This document shows, piece after piece, positions 16,540 through 25,045 of a DNA stretch of 34,384 bases; within the stretch, counting starts at the first letter, position 1; every line of letters begins with the position of its first letter. The notes under the pieces are model-generated. The model was not told where the DNA came from, did not search any database, and saw only the letters and a list, made by a program, of their open reading frames with translations. This DNA is from an uncultured archaeon (GTDB lineage: Archaea; Asgardarchaeota; Thorarchaeia; Thorarchaeales; Thorarchaeaceae), in contig CAZSWP010000038.1 of the NCBI GenBank assembly GCA_964610875.1, positions 1-34,384 of the forward strand. Reading direction: 5' to 3'. Both the position numbers and the translations under genes were made by a program.

Positions 16540-19050
16540 ATGGCTTCACCCCGTCTTGCTCCTCGTCTCACAAATGTGCCAGATTTTGCACATCAATTCG
16601 TCACTCGAATGAGAGAGCACGATGAGGTTAAAGTGAAACCAAGCGTCAGACAGACTTCAGCCATTCCAAGCTTTTTATCTGCAAGATTCTTTAGAAACGG
16701 TAAAGTCACGTTAGAAGATTTTGTAGAAGCTGCAGTATACACTACATTTCCATCAGATCAGGATATTGCTAGATATATCGCTGAAGAGATTCTTCTTGGA
16801 CCGAAAACAGACCCTGAATTAATGAAACTTGCAACAAAGCAGAAAGAAGCAGTTATCCAGAAACCGGATGGCAGTCTCCAGACAAGTTTAGAAAAGGCTG
16901 TAGAAAAGATACGACGCGAGTTGGAATTGGCAAAAACACTTGATCAAGACAAAGCGGAAGCTGGCTACGAATATTATAAGGATATTAGCAGTCGAGATGA
17001 TCGGACTCTTTTGCAGGCAGCATTAGATTATCTACAAGAAGGAGATATTGTGCTCAGGGGAATATCCAGCGACGAACAACTTCGTGAAACTGCATCTAAG
17101 GAACTCCTTGATAAATTAGGTAATCTCGATGCAAAGGATATTCGAAATTCATCAATTCTTGATGCACTCAACCAAATCTGTAGCTCCGATATCACCAGAG
17201 AAAGTCTCGCAGCTAAGCAAATGCGAGGTGATAAAGATGTGCTTGAGCAGTTCAAAAAACTAGCTTATAGAGATCCAAATACAGCTGCGAGTACACTTGG
17301 ACTGATTGAGCAGGTTGATGCTGCTGACAGTACTTTGCTGGAGAAAATGGATGCTGCATTGACAAAAGCTCTACATGATTTATCACAAGCTGCACAATAT
17401 AGTCGTCAGCTTGGAAGGGCACCTTCAAATCTTCAAGAACTTACAAGAAAAGCATCATCTCAATTCCAATTGGCAGATGCAATGGAATTTACTAAAGCAA
17501 TCAAAAAGCATAGTGGGAGTGATATCTCTGTAGATGTGATACAATCATATTTGGACAACTTCGATCAAGGTGCAAGACAAAGAATGGATATGCAACAATT
17601 AGGTCAGACAATGAATAATTCAAAAGCTTGGCAAGATTTGATGTTAAAATATAGTGATGAGCTAATTCAAGATGCTCGATCAAGATCATCTCCTTCTGAT
17701 TACCTTCTTCAGAAACTTTCAGATGCAACACTATTGGGTAACAAGATGAATGGGCTTTCATCAGAAAAAGAATGGCAGAAGATGAAACAGAAATTGGCTG
17801 ATGCCACAGCTCAACAATCCCCATCATCGAGGGATTTGAGAAGAAACGTCCGTCAAACAAGGAAACTTGGTAATTCTCCATCTGAAGAAGCTCTGAGGGA
17901 AGCTGGTAAAAAACTAGGAATGACAGAACCTGAGATTGATGAACTCCTCAATCCTTCCTTTGAAGTCATAAAGAAACTAATTGAATCTGGTTTAGATGAC
18001 TTTGAACGTCTCAGTAATTTAATAGGGTCTGCAGGACTTTCACCACACCAATTCCGACAGCTTGCAGATATCGCTAATGATCTTCAAAACCAATCTGCTC
18101 TGGGAGCAATTGGCCACCATGATTTGAAAGCTGCATTAGGAATGGATGGTAGAGGCGACGGTCAGCAAATAGCTCCTGATTCCAATAGGATACAAATGAC
18201 TATGGGCGGGTTGTTGGGTGGTCCAGCAACTAACATTGTTAGAATGTGGTACACATACCGTGATGAACTACCTGGACAGGTGAAAGAAGAGCTTAGACGT
18301 ATAGCCAAACGATTACTGATAGACTTGGGAAAGAGATATTCCAAAGCCACTATGGGTTCAAGTATGCTTGGTGGAATTCAAGAATCAACAACTGTGCGGC
18401 CATTTCGAATTGGTGACGATATTACACTAATAGATCTTGAAGAAACAATTGACAGACTATTGTCTGAAGGAAGGTCAAATTTTGAGACTTTGAATGCAGA
18501 TGATTTCCTAATTCGGGAAACCTACCAAGGGCATCGTGCTTTCTACTGGGCTCTCGATAAATCTGGCTCGATGGATTCAGCAGAGAAACTTGGAATGCTC
18601 TCCGTTTCAGTGATGGCTGGTCTTTATGGTGTTCAAAAAGATGATTTTGGTCTCGTTCTGTTTGATAACGTTACACATGTTGTAAAAGATATCAAAGACA
18701 AGAAAGTATCAGTGGATAAAGTAGCTGCAGACCTATTGGATTTGAGAGCTGGAGGAGGCACAGGAGCAGCTTCCTCAATGCGTCTTGCACTACAGAACTT
18801 TGAGGACACGAGAGCTAAAGAGAAGATATTCATTCTTAATACCGACAGCTATCTCTCTGATCAGGATGAATGTGAGAAGATAGCACAAGAACTGAAACAT
18901 CACAATGTTGATACCATCATTTTGATTCCAAAACATCAATCAGATCGCAATTCTGCAGATAGACTGGCAAAGAAATCCAAAGGTGTCGTTCTAGAGATTG
19001 GCAGTGTTACTGAACTGCCTGAAAAATTACTGAGAATCACCAATTACTAA
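16540..19050 (+). CDS. Large VWA-domain protein (MoxR partner)
   Basis: C-terminal MIDAS DKSGS...GGT...TD, preceded by RPFRIGDD..IDLEET; long helical middle; directly follows the MoxR gene (start ATG 16540, or the overlapping GTG 16528). Confidence 0.9.
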   Translation: MASPRLAPRLTNVPDFAHQFVTRMREHDEVKVKPSVRQTSAIPSFLSARFFRNGKVTLEDFVEAAVYTTFPSDQDIARYIAEEILLGPKTDPELMKLATKQKEAVIQKPDGSLQTSLEKAVEKIRRELELAKTLDQDKAEAGYEYYKDISSRDDRTLLQAALDYLQEGDIVLRGISSDEQLRETASKELLDKLGNLDAKDIRNSSILDALNQICSSDITRESLAAKQMRGDKDVLEQFKKLAYRDPNTAASTLGLIEQVDAADSTLLEKMDAALTKALHDLSQAAQYSRQLGRAPSNLQELTRKASSQFQLADAMEFTKAIKKHSGSDISVDVIQSYLDNFDQGARQRMDMQQLGQTMNNSKAWQDLMLKYSDELIQDARSRSSPSDYLLQKLSDATLLGNKMNGLSSEKEWQKMKQKLADATAQQSPSSRDLRRNVRQTRKLGNSPSEEALREAGKKLGMTEPEIDELLNPSFEVIKKLIESGLDDFERLSNLIGSAGLSPHQFRQLADIANDLQNQSALGAIGHHDLKAALGMDGRGDGQQIAPDSNRIQMTMGGLLGGPATNIVRMWYTYRDELPGQVKEELRRIAKRLLIDLGKRYSKATMGSSMLGGIQESTTVRPFRIGDDITLIDLEETIDRLLSEGRSNFETLNADDFLIRETYQGHRAFYWALDKSGSMDSAEKLGMLSVSVMAGLYGVQKDDFGLVLFDNVTHVVKDIKDKKVSVDKVAADLLDLRAGGGTGAASSMRLALQNFEDTRAKEKIFILNTDSYLSDQDECEKIAQELKHHNVDTIILIPKHQSDRNSADRLAKKSKGVVLEIGSVTELPEKLLRITNY

Positions 19051-19775
19051 GACTCGGGCACATAGCCTGTCTTCGATGCAAGAGTTTTTTCTAAGATTTC
19101 GGATATCCAGATTCTATATGCAGAGATGTAATTTGGTCCTCTTAGACTGATAAATTTCTGAGTAAACAGTGTCCTACTTAATTGCATGAAAGTGTAGAAT
19201 GGAGTCCCTTTAGGTATTACTTCCGCAATACCATTGATTTGATAACTGACCACTTCCATATAGTCTGGACTAGGCCAATAGGTTACTAAAGAAACTCTCG
19301 GGTCTCTCTGAATATTTCTATAGGTTGTATCTCCATACATCTCAGCTATACCAAAGCAAAGATGGTTTATTTTTTTGTCATCAATGTAGAGATTTCGGTA
19401 GATACTGAATCGTTCTTCTAGTGTTTCTTCAAAGGGTATTCCTTGAAGCGCTAATACCTGTTCCTGCAAGTATTGAGCTTTTTCCTCTAAGACATCATCT
19501 GTGGGTACTAATCGAATTAATTTCGCTGATGCATTAACGGGAAAAGGAGTGGCATTGTTGTTGGTGCACAAGATTGGTTTCATTGCTGTTCCTTGGTAGA
19601 ATGCCTCTAGTTGTTCTTCTGGTGTATCATGCCCATCTACGGCTGCAACCATTATTTCATAAAGATCATCGGGTATTGTGTTTAGTGGATATATTGATAG
19701 CACGCCATTCATTGATAACTCAATGCGTCTTCTCTCTTTATCAATGAAATGAATCCGTGCTACTTGTTCGGTCAT
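19047..19775 (-). CDS. Pyridoxamine 5'-phosphate oxidase-like FMN-binding split-barrel protein
   Basis: TTYRNIQRDPRVSL and SYQINGIAE motifs; start reset to ATG 19775 (MTEQVAR) because the longer ORF overlaps the gelsolin gene. Confidence 0.75.
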   Translation of the reverse strand: MTEQVARIHFIDKERRRIELSMNGVLSIYPLNTIPDDLYEIMVAAVDGHDTPEEQLEAFYQGTAMKPILCTNNNATPFPVNASAKLIRLVPTDDVLEEKAQYLQEQVLALQGIPFEETLEERFSIYRNLYIDDKKINHLCFGIAEMYGDTTYRNIQRDPRVSLVTYWPSPDYMEVVSYQINGIAEVIPKGTPFYTFMQLSRTLFTQKFISLRGPNYISAYRIWISEILEKTLASKTGYVPES

Positions 19776-19941
19776 ATTTCTACACAAACCTATGAAATTG
19801 CTTGGACTTATACTACTTTTATTATTGTGTGATATATATCGGAGAAAGAATGATGAAAAAAATGTCCCTGCACGAAAGCTACATATCCTATTATATAATC
19901 TAAGAATTACGTGTTCTGAAAAGCATTCAGAGGTATTACAT

Positions 19942-20208
19942 ATGGTCGAGACTCTTGAGATTGACTCTGACGCTGAATTAATAGAACGTGGTACTGAAAA
20001 AGTTCCGCTAGATACCAACAAAGTACTCGTTTTTATCGACCATGAGAATAAAGTAGTGTATCTTTGGAGAGGCAAAAAAGCTAGTCTGTTCAAGAAGTTG
20101 ATGGGTACACGTGTTGCTGCACGTCTCAGTAAGAAATATAGAGATTATAGAATACGTCCAGTTTCAGAAGATCATGAACCTGCAACGCTGAAGGAGCTTA
20201 TCAGGTAA
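19942..20208 (+). CDS. Single-domain gelsolin-like protein (actin regulator; eukaryotic signature protein)
   Basis: 88 aa from ATG 19942 (GAGGT upstream); LDTNKVLVFID...VYLWRGKKAS...A..L...EDHEP..L matches the gelsolin repeat pattern LDSxDxFxLD...IYxWxG...EGxEP. Confidence 0.85.
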   Translation: MVETLEIDSDAELIERGTEKVPLDTNKVLVFIDHENKVVYLWRGKKASLFKKLMGTRVAARLSKKYRDYRIRPVSEDHEPATLKELIR

Positions 20209-20252
20209 TAGCATGTTTTGTTTTTGTAACCAATAGATACTTAGAAGAACTC

Positions 20253-20543
20253 TTGAAGTATATTATTTGGGTATCTCAACTGACTATTGATAGGCGTGCT
20301 TTTCTTCATTGGATACGGAATGTTAGACCTGGCATTGAAACAAGGTCAAGAATCATTCATATCTTGGAAGAGAAGGAAAGTTGTAGTACGAAGGATTTGG
20401 CGGATGATATCTCGCTGTCCTATAATGCAATCCATTATCATCTTCAAAATCTCTTAAGAGAGAAAATAGTTGTAAGAGATGAAGAAACTCTTCTGTGGGC
20501 TCTAAGTCCCTTCTCACAGGCAAAATTGCAGGATTTCACCTGA
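20253..20543 (+). CDS. Small winged helix-turn-helix protein (ArsR-like) with C-terminal PIP-box-like motif
   Basis: TRSRIIHIL...TKDLA..ISLSYNAIHYHLQNL..EKIV HTH pattern; ends in QAKLQDFT. Start uncertain (TTG 20253 or CTG 20280). Confidence 0.8.
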   Translation: MKYIIWVSQLTIDRRAFLHWIRNVRPGIETRSRIIHILEEKESCSTKDLADDISLSYNAIHYHLQNLLREKIVVRDEETLLWALSPFSQAKLQDFT

Positions 20544-20606
20544 TATCTTTTTCAGCTTGTTTCTATCAAAAGCGCTATAGCCTGCTTATACCAAGAGAAA
20601 TTGTGA

Positions 20607-21026
20607 GTGATTTGGATGAAGGAAGGAGAATTGTTTGATTTCTGTACTGAATGGTTATCTGCGTGGACTGGGAATCAACCAGAAAAACTACTTTCTTTCT
20701 ATCACGAAGATGCACTCTATTCTGATCCTGCTAATAGAAAGGGTCTGAAAGGGCATGATGAAATATTACCATACTTCGAACGTTTACTACGATTCTATCA
20801 TGATTGGGTCTGGAAACCATTAGAGGTATTTCCTATCGATAATGGTTTCATTGTAAAATGGCATTGTGAGATCCATGTCGGAACCGAATTATTAGAGGAG
20901 ATAGGCGTCGATATTGTCGAGTTGGATGATATGAAAATAACTCGAAATGAAGTATACTTCGACAGAACAAGACTGATGGCTGCAGTCGAAAGGAGAAAGC
21001 AAATCGAAAGACTAAGAGTGGGTTAG
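20607..21026 (+). CDS. SnoaL/NTF2-like protein
   Basis: WLSAW...FYHEDALYSDP...GHDEI..YF and GVDI...KITRNEVYFD; start may be ATG 20616. Confidence 0.88.
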   Translation: MIWMKEGELFDFCTEWLSAWTGNQPEKLLSFYHEDALYSDPANRKGLKGHDEILPYFERLLRFYHDWVWKPLEVFPIDNGFIVKWHCEIHVGTELLEEIGVDIVELDDMKITRNEVYFDRTRLMAAVERRKQIERLRVG

Positions 21027-21031
21027 AGGGA

Positions 21032-21973
21032 TTATTCACAATACAATCGGAAAGCATTTTCCCAGTATATTTTCTCTAACACTCCATCAGGTAGACAGAG
21101 TCCATTTATGTATGTACCTCCTTTACCAACAGTATCCTTGTCAACAAAGGGAAGTGGACGCATTCTGACATTGCTTTCGAAAATAAGCCTCTCGGTTAGA
21201 TGCCTCCCATCATAATAGTCATTCTCAAGTGTTCTGGCAACACAATCAGTTCCAAAAAGAATTCTAGCTTTATATTTCCCAACGAATCTTCTAGCATTGT
21301 CTGGATCTTTACTTAATTCTCGTGCCATCCATCTGGCTGAACTAGTATCTACACTCAAGTTAGGATATGTATCAAACAGTCTTTCTAGATTTGGCAGACG
21401 ATGTTGTTCTGCTTGTGCTGCAAAATGCGCCGCTTGAAATCGAAGTTGTTTATTCTTCTTAAGCCTGTCTTCAAATTCTTGAAGATGGTCTTCTTTAGTG
21501 CCATAGACCTCAGAATTTGTGTAACGAGATTGAAAATATGTATCTGGGTCTGCGATATGTATCAAAACAGGAATATCTGCATCCTGAAAAGCATCAAAAA
21601 GAGGATCAAAAACATCGCTATCTACAGAAGAAACTCTCTCTGAATTTGATAACCTGTCACTCCAGAATGGTGCAAAATGCATCTTTGCCAGTGAATATCC
21701 AGTTGCACGCAAGTCTTTAACTTCTTGAATTGCTGCATCTGGTCCATCAGTAAAGAGTGTCCATCCAGAAAAATATCTTGCAAAAGAAAATCTATCTGGA
21801 TATCTTTCCTGGTATTGCGAGATATCATCTCCGTGTACTATCAAGACAGATTGCTCTACACCATACTTTCTCCCAATCCTCACATAGATATCTAGAGCGT
21901 CAATGTCTATAACATGAGCATGACTATCAAATATAGGTCCTTCATATCGGAAATTGTCATTACAATCTGTCAT
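21032..21973 (-). CDS. Amidohydrolase-2 family metal-dependent hydrolase
   Basis: DSHAH, PVLIH, AAH, VDTS, ILFGTD and KIYWENA motifs. Confidence 0.9.
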   Translation of the reverse strand: MTDCNDNFRYEGPIFDSHAHVIDIDALDIYVRIGRKYGVEQSVLIVHGDDISQYQERYPDRFSFARYFSGWTLFTDGPDAAIQEVKDLRATGYSLAKMHFAPFWSDRLSNSERVSSVDSDVFDPLFDAFQDADIPVLIHIADPDTYFQSRYTNSEVYGTKEDHLQEFEDRLKKNKQLRFQAAHFAAQAEQHRLPNLERLFDTYPNLSVDTSSARWMARELSKDPDNARRFVGKYKARILFGTDCVARTLENDYYDGRHLTERLIFESNVRMRPLPFVDKDTVGKGGTYINGLCLPDGVLEKIYWENAFRLYCE

Positions 21974-22120
21974 CAGTTTTTATTCCAAGCGAGTTATTGA
22001 AAACGTTGTTCATATATCATGTTTGAAAATGCTATGTTCGCGGTCTTTTTTAGACTGTATGCCATATAGTCGTATTAGCTAAAAAATGGGGATTAATTGG
22101 TGTTCCGATTATGTAGAAGA

Positions 22121-22795
22121 ATGATTGTAAACGCATTATCTTTGATTTTACTTCTCATGGTGCTTGTGACCATTCCATCGACATATGCTGTATCAAGACA
22201 TGGATTGTACTGGGCTGTAGAAGAGGGGGACACATTTTCTTTCCATCTGGATATTTTTGAGAATGAAACTAATCTAGTAAGTGAAACCATTGTACTCAAG
22301 GTTACGGAACTTCCGAATTTGAATACAACATTGGAATATCAAAATAGAATTCCTCTTATTCTTTATGAAGTTACTTGGGTGAATGGAACTGATCTAGGTG
22401 ATTATAATCAATGGAACTACTACGTGGAACACTTGGCGTATCCATTAGGTAATTGGGTTTATGTTACAGAGAGTATCACGGCTGACATGTCAGATTATGA
22501 ATTGATATCTACAGAAGACTTCTGGGGATACGAGTGGACAATTATCGTTGGGCCGCAGAGTATTCTCCAGTATACTGTTCGTGCGGTCTTCTCGACTAAT
22601 GATGGATTTTTGACGAGATATCTATTCATCAAGAATAACACAGAGACTGGGCAAGTTTTGGGTCTCGTTGACGCTTATCGGTTGGATATCGAATTTGATT
22701 ACAGAACTCTTGCGATAAATGCTTCTATTACAGTGATAATTGGTCTTTTGATTATTATTGGAATTCGAGTAATATGGAATAAAAGAAAAAGATAA
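22121..22795 (+). CDS. Secreted, C-terminally membrane-anchored hypothetical protein
   Basis: Signal peptide, then GLYWAVEEGDTFSF; aromatic-rich beta domain with NxT sequons; C-terminal TM and KRKR tail. Confidence 0.8.
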   Translation: MIVNALSLILLLMVLVTIPSTYAVSRHGLYWAVEEGDTFSFHLDIFENETNLVSETIVLKVTELPNLNTTLEYQNRIPLILYEVTWVNGTDLGDYNQWNYYVEHLAYPLGNWVYVTESITADMSDYELISTEDFWGYEWTIIVGPQSILQYTVRAVFSTNDGFLTRYLFIKNNTETGQVLGLVDAYRLDIEFDYRTLAINASITVIIGLLIIIGIRVIWNKRKR

Positions 22796-22831
22796 CAATT
22801 TCTCTGATTGAAAGAAGCGCTTCTAAAGCTG

Positions 22832-23578
22832 TCATGTAACAAGACTAGCTATTCCCTTATTGTAGAGCCAAAATGATTCTCCTTTCAATCCTCCAATCAA
22901 AGTAAGCCCTGCATTCATTGCTGTTTGAACACCCAAATCTGTTCCTACTGCCAGTGAACCCAATAGCGGGATTTTCGATTTGACAGCTTTGAGAACCATC
23001 TCAGATGTGAGTCGACCCGTAACTAGAAGAACACAGGATGTAAAATCATAATCTTTCTTGGCAGCATGTCCAATGACCTTGTCTATGGCATTTAAACGGC
23101 CTATATCTTCGACGACAAAATATTCGTTGTTTTTTAGGTCAATCAATAATGCACCATGTACTCCTCCTGTCTTAGAGTGCATCCCTTGTTTTGATTCAAG
23201 AACCTGTTTATACTTCATAAGCTGCTCTACTGAAAGCTCAATGCTATTTTCTTTATCAAGTGAATCAACCTTAGAGATGGGCTCAGTTTGAGATATTAGG
23301 AATTTCCGAATCAATCCCGATTTATTCTTTGAAGAAATAACAATTCTACCAATTTCAGATGATAGCAGTTCAAAGTCAGTATAATCATCAATGTACCCAC
23401 TCGAAATAAGATGACCTAGAGTGAGTTCTTCCTCTAAACCTGGACTGTTTACGAATTTTCCTATCATCACATCCTCAAGCCATAACTCAGTACTTGATTC
23501 AGTGATGATCTCTTCAGGTTCCTCAATGAATTTCTTACCAGTATATCTGAGGAAATTTGTTTTCCTTGAGAGCTGCAA
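22832..23578 (-). CDS. fdhD: FdhD-like formate dehydrogenase accessory protein (divergent)
   Basis: EELTLGHL.S.G, TGGVHGA, EDIGRLNAIDK and TGRLTSEMVLKA motifs; no SCGxCG loop. Confidence 0.85.
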   Translation of the reverse strand: MQLSRKTNFLRYTGKKFIEEPEEIITESSTELWLEDVMIGKFVNSPGLEEELTLGHLISSGYIDDYTDFELLSSEIGRIVISSKNKSGLIRKFLISQTEPISKVDSLDKENSIELSVEQLMKYKQVLESKQGMHSKTGGVHGALLIDLKNNEYFVVEDIGRLNAIDKVIGHAAKKDYDFTSCVLLVTGRLTSEMVLKAVKSKIPLLGSLAVGTDLGVQTAMNAGLTLIGGLKGESFWLYNKGIASLVT

Positions 23579-23668
23579 TATTAGGCCTCAACGCTGTTTC
23601 AAGATTATTTCCATTAATATCTGTCCATTTGCTTTCGGTCATCAAGTGAGTACATTAGTATGATAATT

Positions 23669-24994
23669 CTATTCAATTCTGGCCCAGAGCTTTTCAGCTG
23701 ACTTCATAGAAACTTCGCTTACTTTATGATCTTCGATTTTGGCCATTTTATAATTCTCTATGACCATTTCTCCATTAACCAAAACATCTCTGACATCTCT
23801 ACCGCCAAATGAGTTGACAAGATGACCAATGACTGTGTCTTGACGAAGTGGAGTAGGTATTCTCTCTCCATTTAGTATCACAATATCAGCTAGTTTTCCT
23901 TCTTCCAAGCTACCAATCTCATCCTCCAAACCATAACATTTGGCGCCGCCTAATGTTGCCATATGGAAAACTTCAGAAGGGCCAATTATACTTGGATTTC
24001 CACTTTTTAGTCGATGGACGGTCATTGCACAGCGCATGTTTTCAAAGGGGTCATATATCCAGCCATCATTACCTAAACCAACAGTAATTCCCATTTCAAG
24101 CATTTCAGGAACTGGCGATGTTCCTACCGCATTCAGCATGTTACTCATTGGATTATGCGCTACAGAAGTATTATTCTCTTGGATTAATTCAAGTTCTCTT
24201 CGGTTGACATGAACGCAATGGGCTAGGATTGTCCTATCGCTCAGAACTCCCATCCTGTGAAGACGTTCCACTGTACGCTCACCATAATTCTCCAGATTAT
24301 GATAGAGGTCAACCAACCCCTCTGATGTATGAACTGTCAAAGGGAGTTGCATTTTACTTGCGTTATCAACCGTTTCTGCGATAATATCATCTGTTACCGT
24401 GAACGAAGCATGAATGCTCAACATGCAAGAAATTAACGGATCTCCTTCAACCTTCTTCGCAAATCTGACACCTTCTTGGAGACCCCGCTCACCTTCTTCT
24501 TCTGAACGACGTTCTGTCAATTCAAATGCAAGCATCCCTCTCATACCAACTTCTCTTGCTCCTCGAGCAACAGCATCAAGACTAGATTCAATTGAATTTG
24601 GGCCTGAATATGTATCGGCAAAGAATGTGGACCCATTTCGAAGCATATCCGCACTTGCTGCTAGAGAACTTGCATATGCATCATCTATTGAGAGTGCGAG
24701 GTCCACTGGCCACCAGACTCGCTGTAGTATCTGAGCAAAATCCGTAGGAGGTTCGATATCTAAAGCCGCTCCTCTCAATAGAATACCATAGAGATGTGTA
24801 TGTGCAGTTATGAGACCTGGAATCACGACACAACCATTGCAGTCAATTTTTCTATCAGCAGACCCTGAATAAGTTCCCTTCTCTATTTTCGAGATTCGAT
24901 TGCCCTCGATAAGTAGGTGACCTCTTGGGATAACGATACCATTATTGCTTCCGGTCACTATTAGCGCATTTTCCAGTAGTAGGGTCTCTGACAT
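23669..24994 (-). CDS. SsnA/AtzA/MTA-SAH deaminase-like amidohydrolase
   Basis: PGLITAHTHLY, PPTDF.QIL..VWW, HASFT, HTSEG, AHCVH, HNPMSN, GND and GKLADIV motifs. Confidence 0.92.
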   Translation of the reverse strand: MSETLLLENALIVTGSNNGIVIPRGHLLIEGNRISKIEKGTYSGSADRKIDCNGCVVIPGLITAHTHLYGILLRGAALDIEPPTDFAQILQRVWWPVDLALSIDDAYASSLAASADMLRNGSTFFADTYSGPNSIESSLDAVARGAREVGMRGMLAFELTERRSEEEGERGLQEGVRFAKKVEGDPLISCMLSIHASFTVTDDIIAETVDNASKMQLPLTVHTSEGLVDLYHNLENYGERTVERLHRMGVLSDRTILAHCVHVNRRELELIQENNTSVAHNPMSNMLNAVGTSPVPEMLEMGITVGLGNDGWIYDPFENMRCAMTVHRLKSGNPSIIGPSEVFHMATLGGAKCYGLEDEIGSLEEGKLADIVILNGERIPTPLRQDTVIGHLVNSFGGRDVRDVLVNGEMVIENYKMAKIEDHKVSEVSMKSAEKLWARIE

Positions 24995-25045
24995 ATCTCA
25001 ACCTCTCAATTGTAAGTATCCCAGTTTGCGATAAACTCTTCGGAA

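Noticed and set aside
19776-20093. N-terminal extensions of ORFs 19047..20093(-) and 19792..20208(+)
   Set aside because: They overlap each other and cross an AT-rich divergent promoter; internal ATGs give coherent domains.
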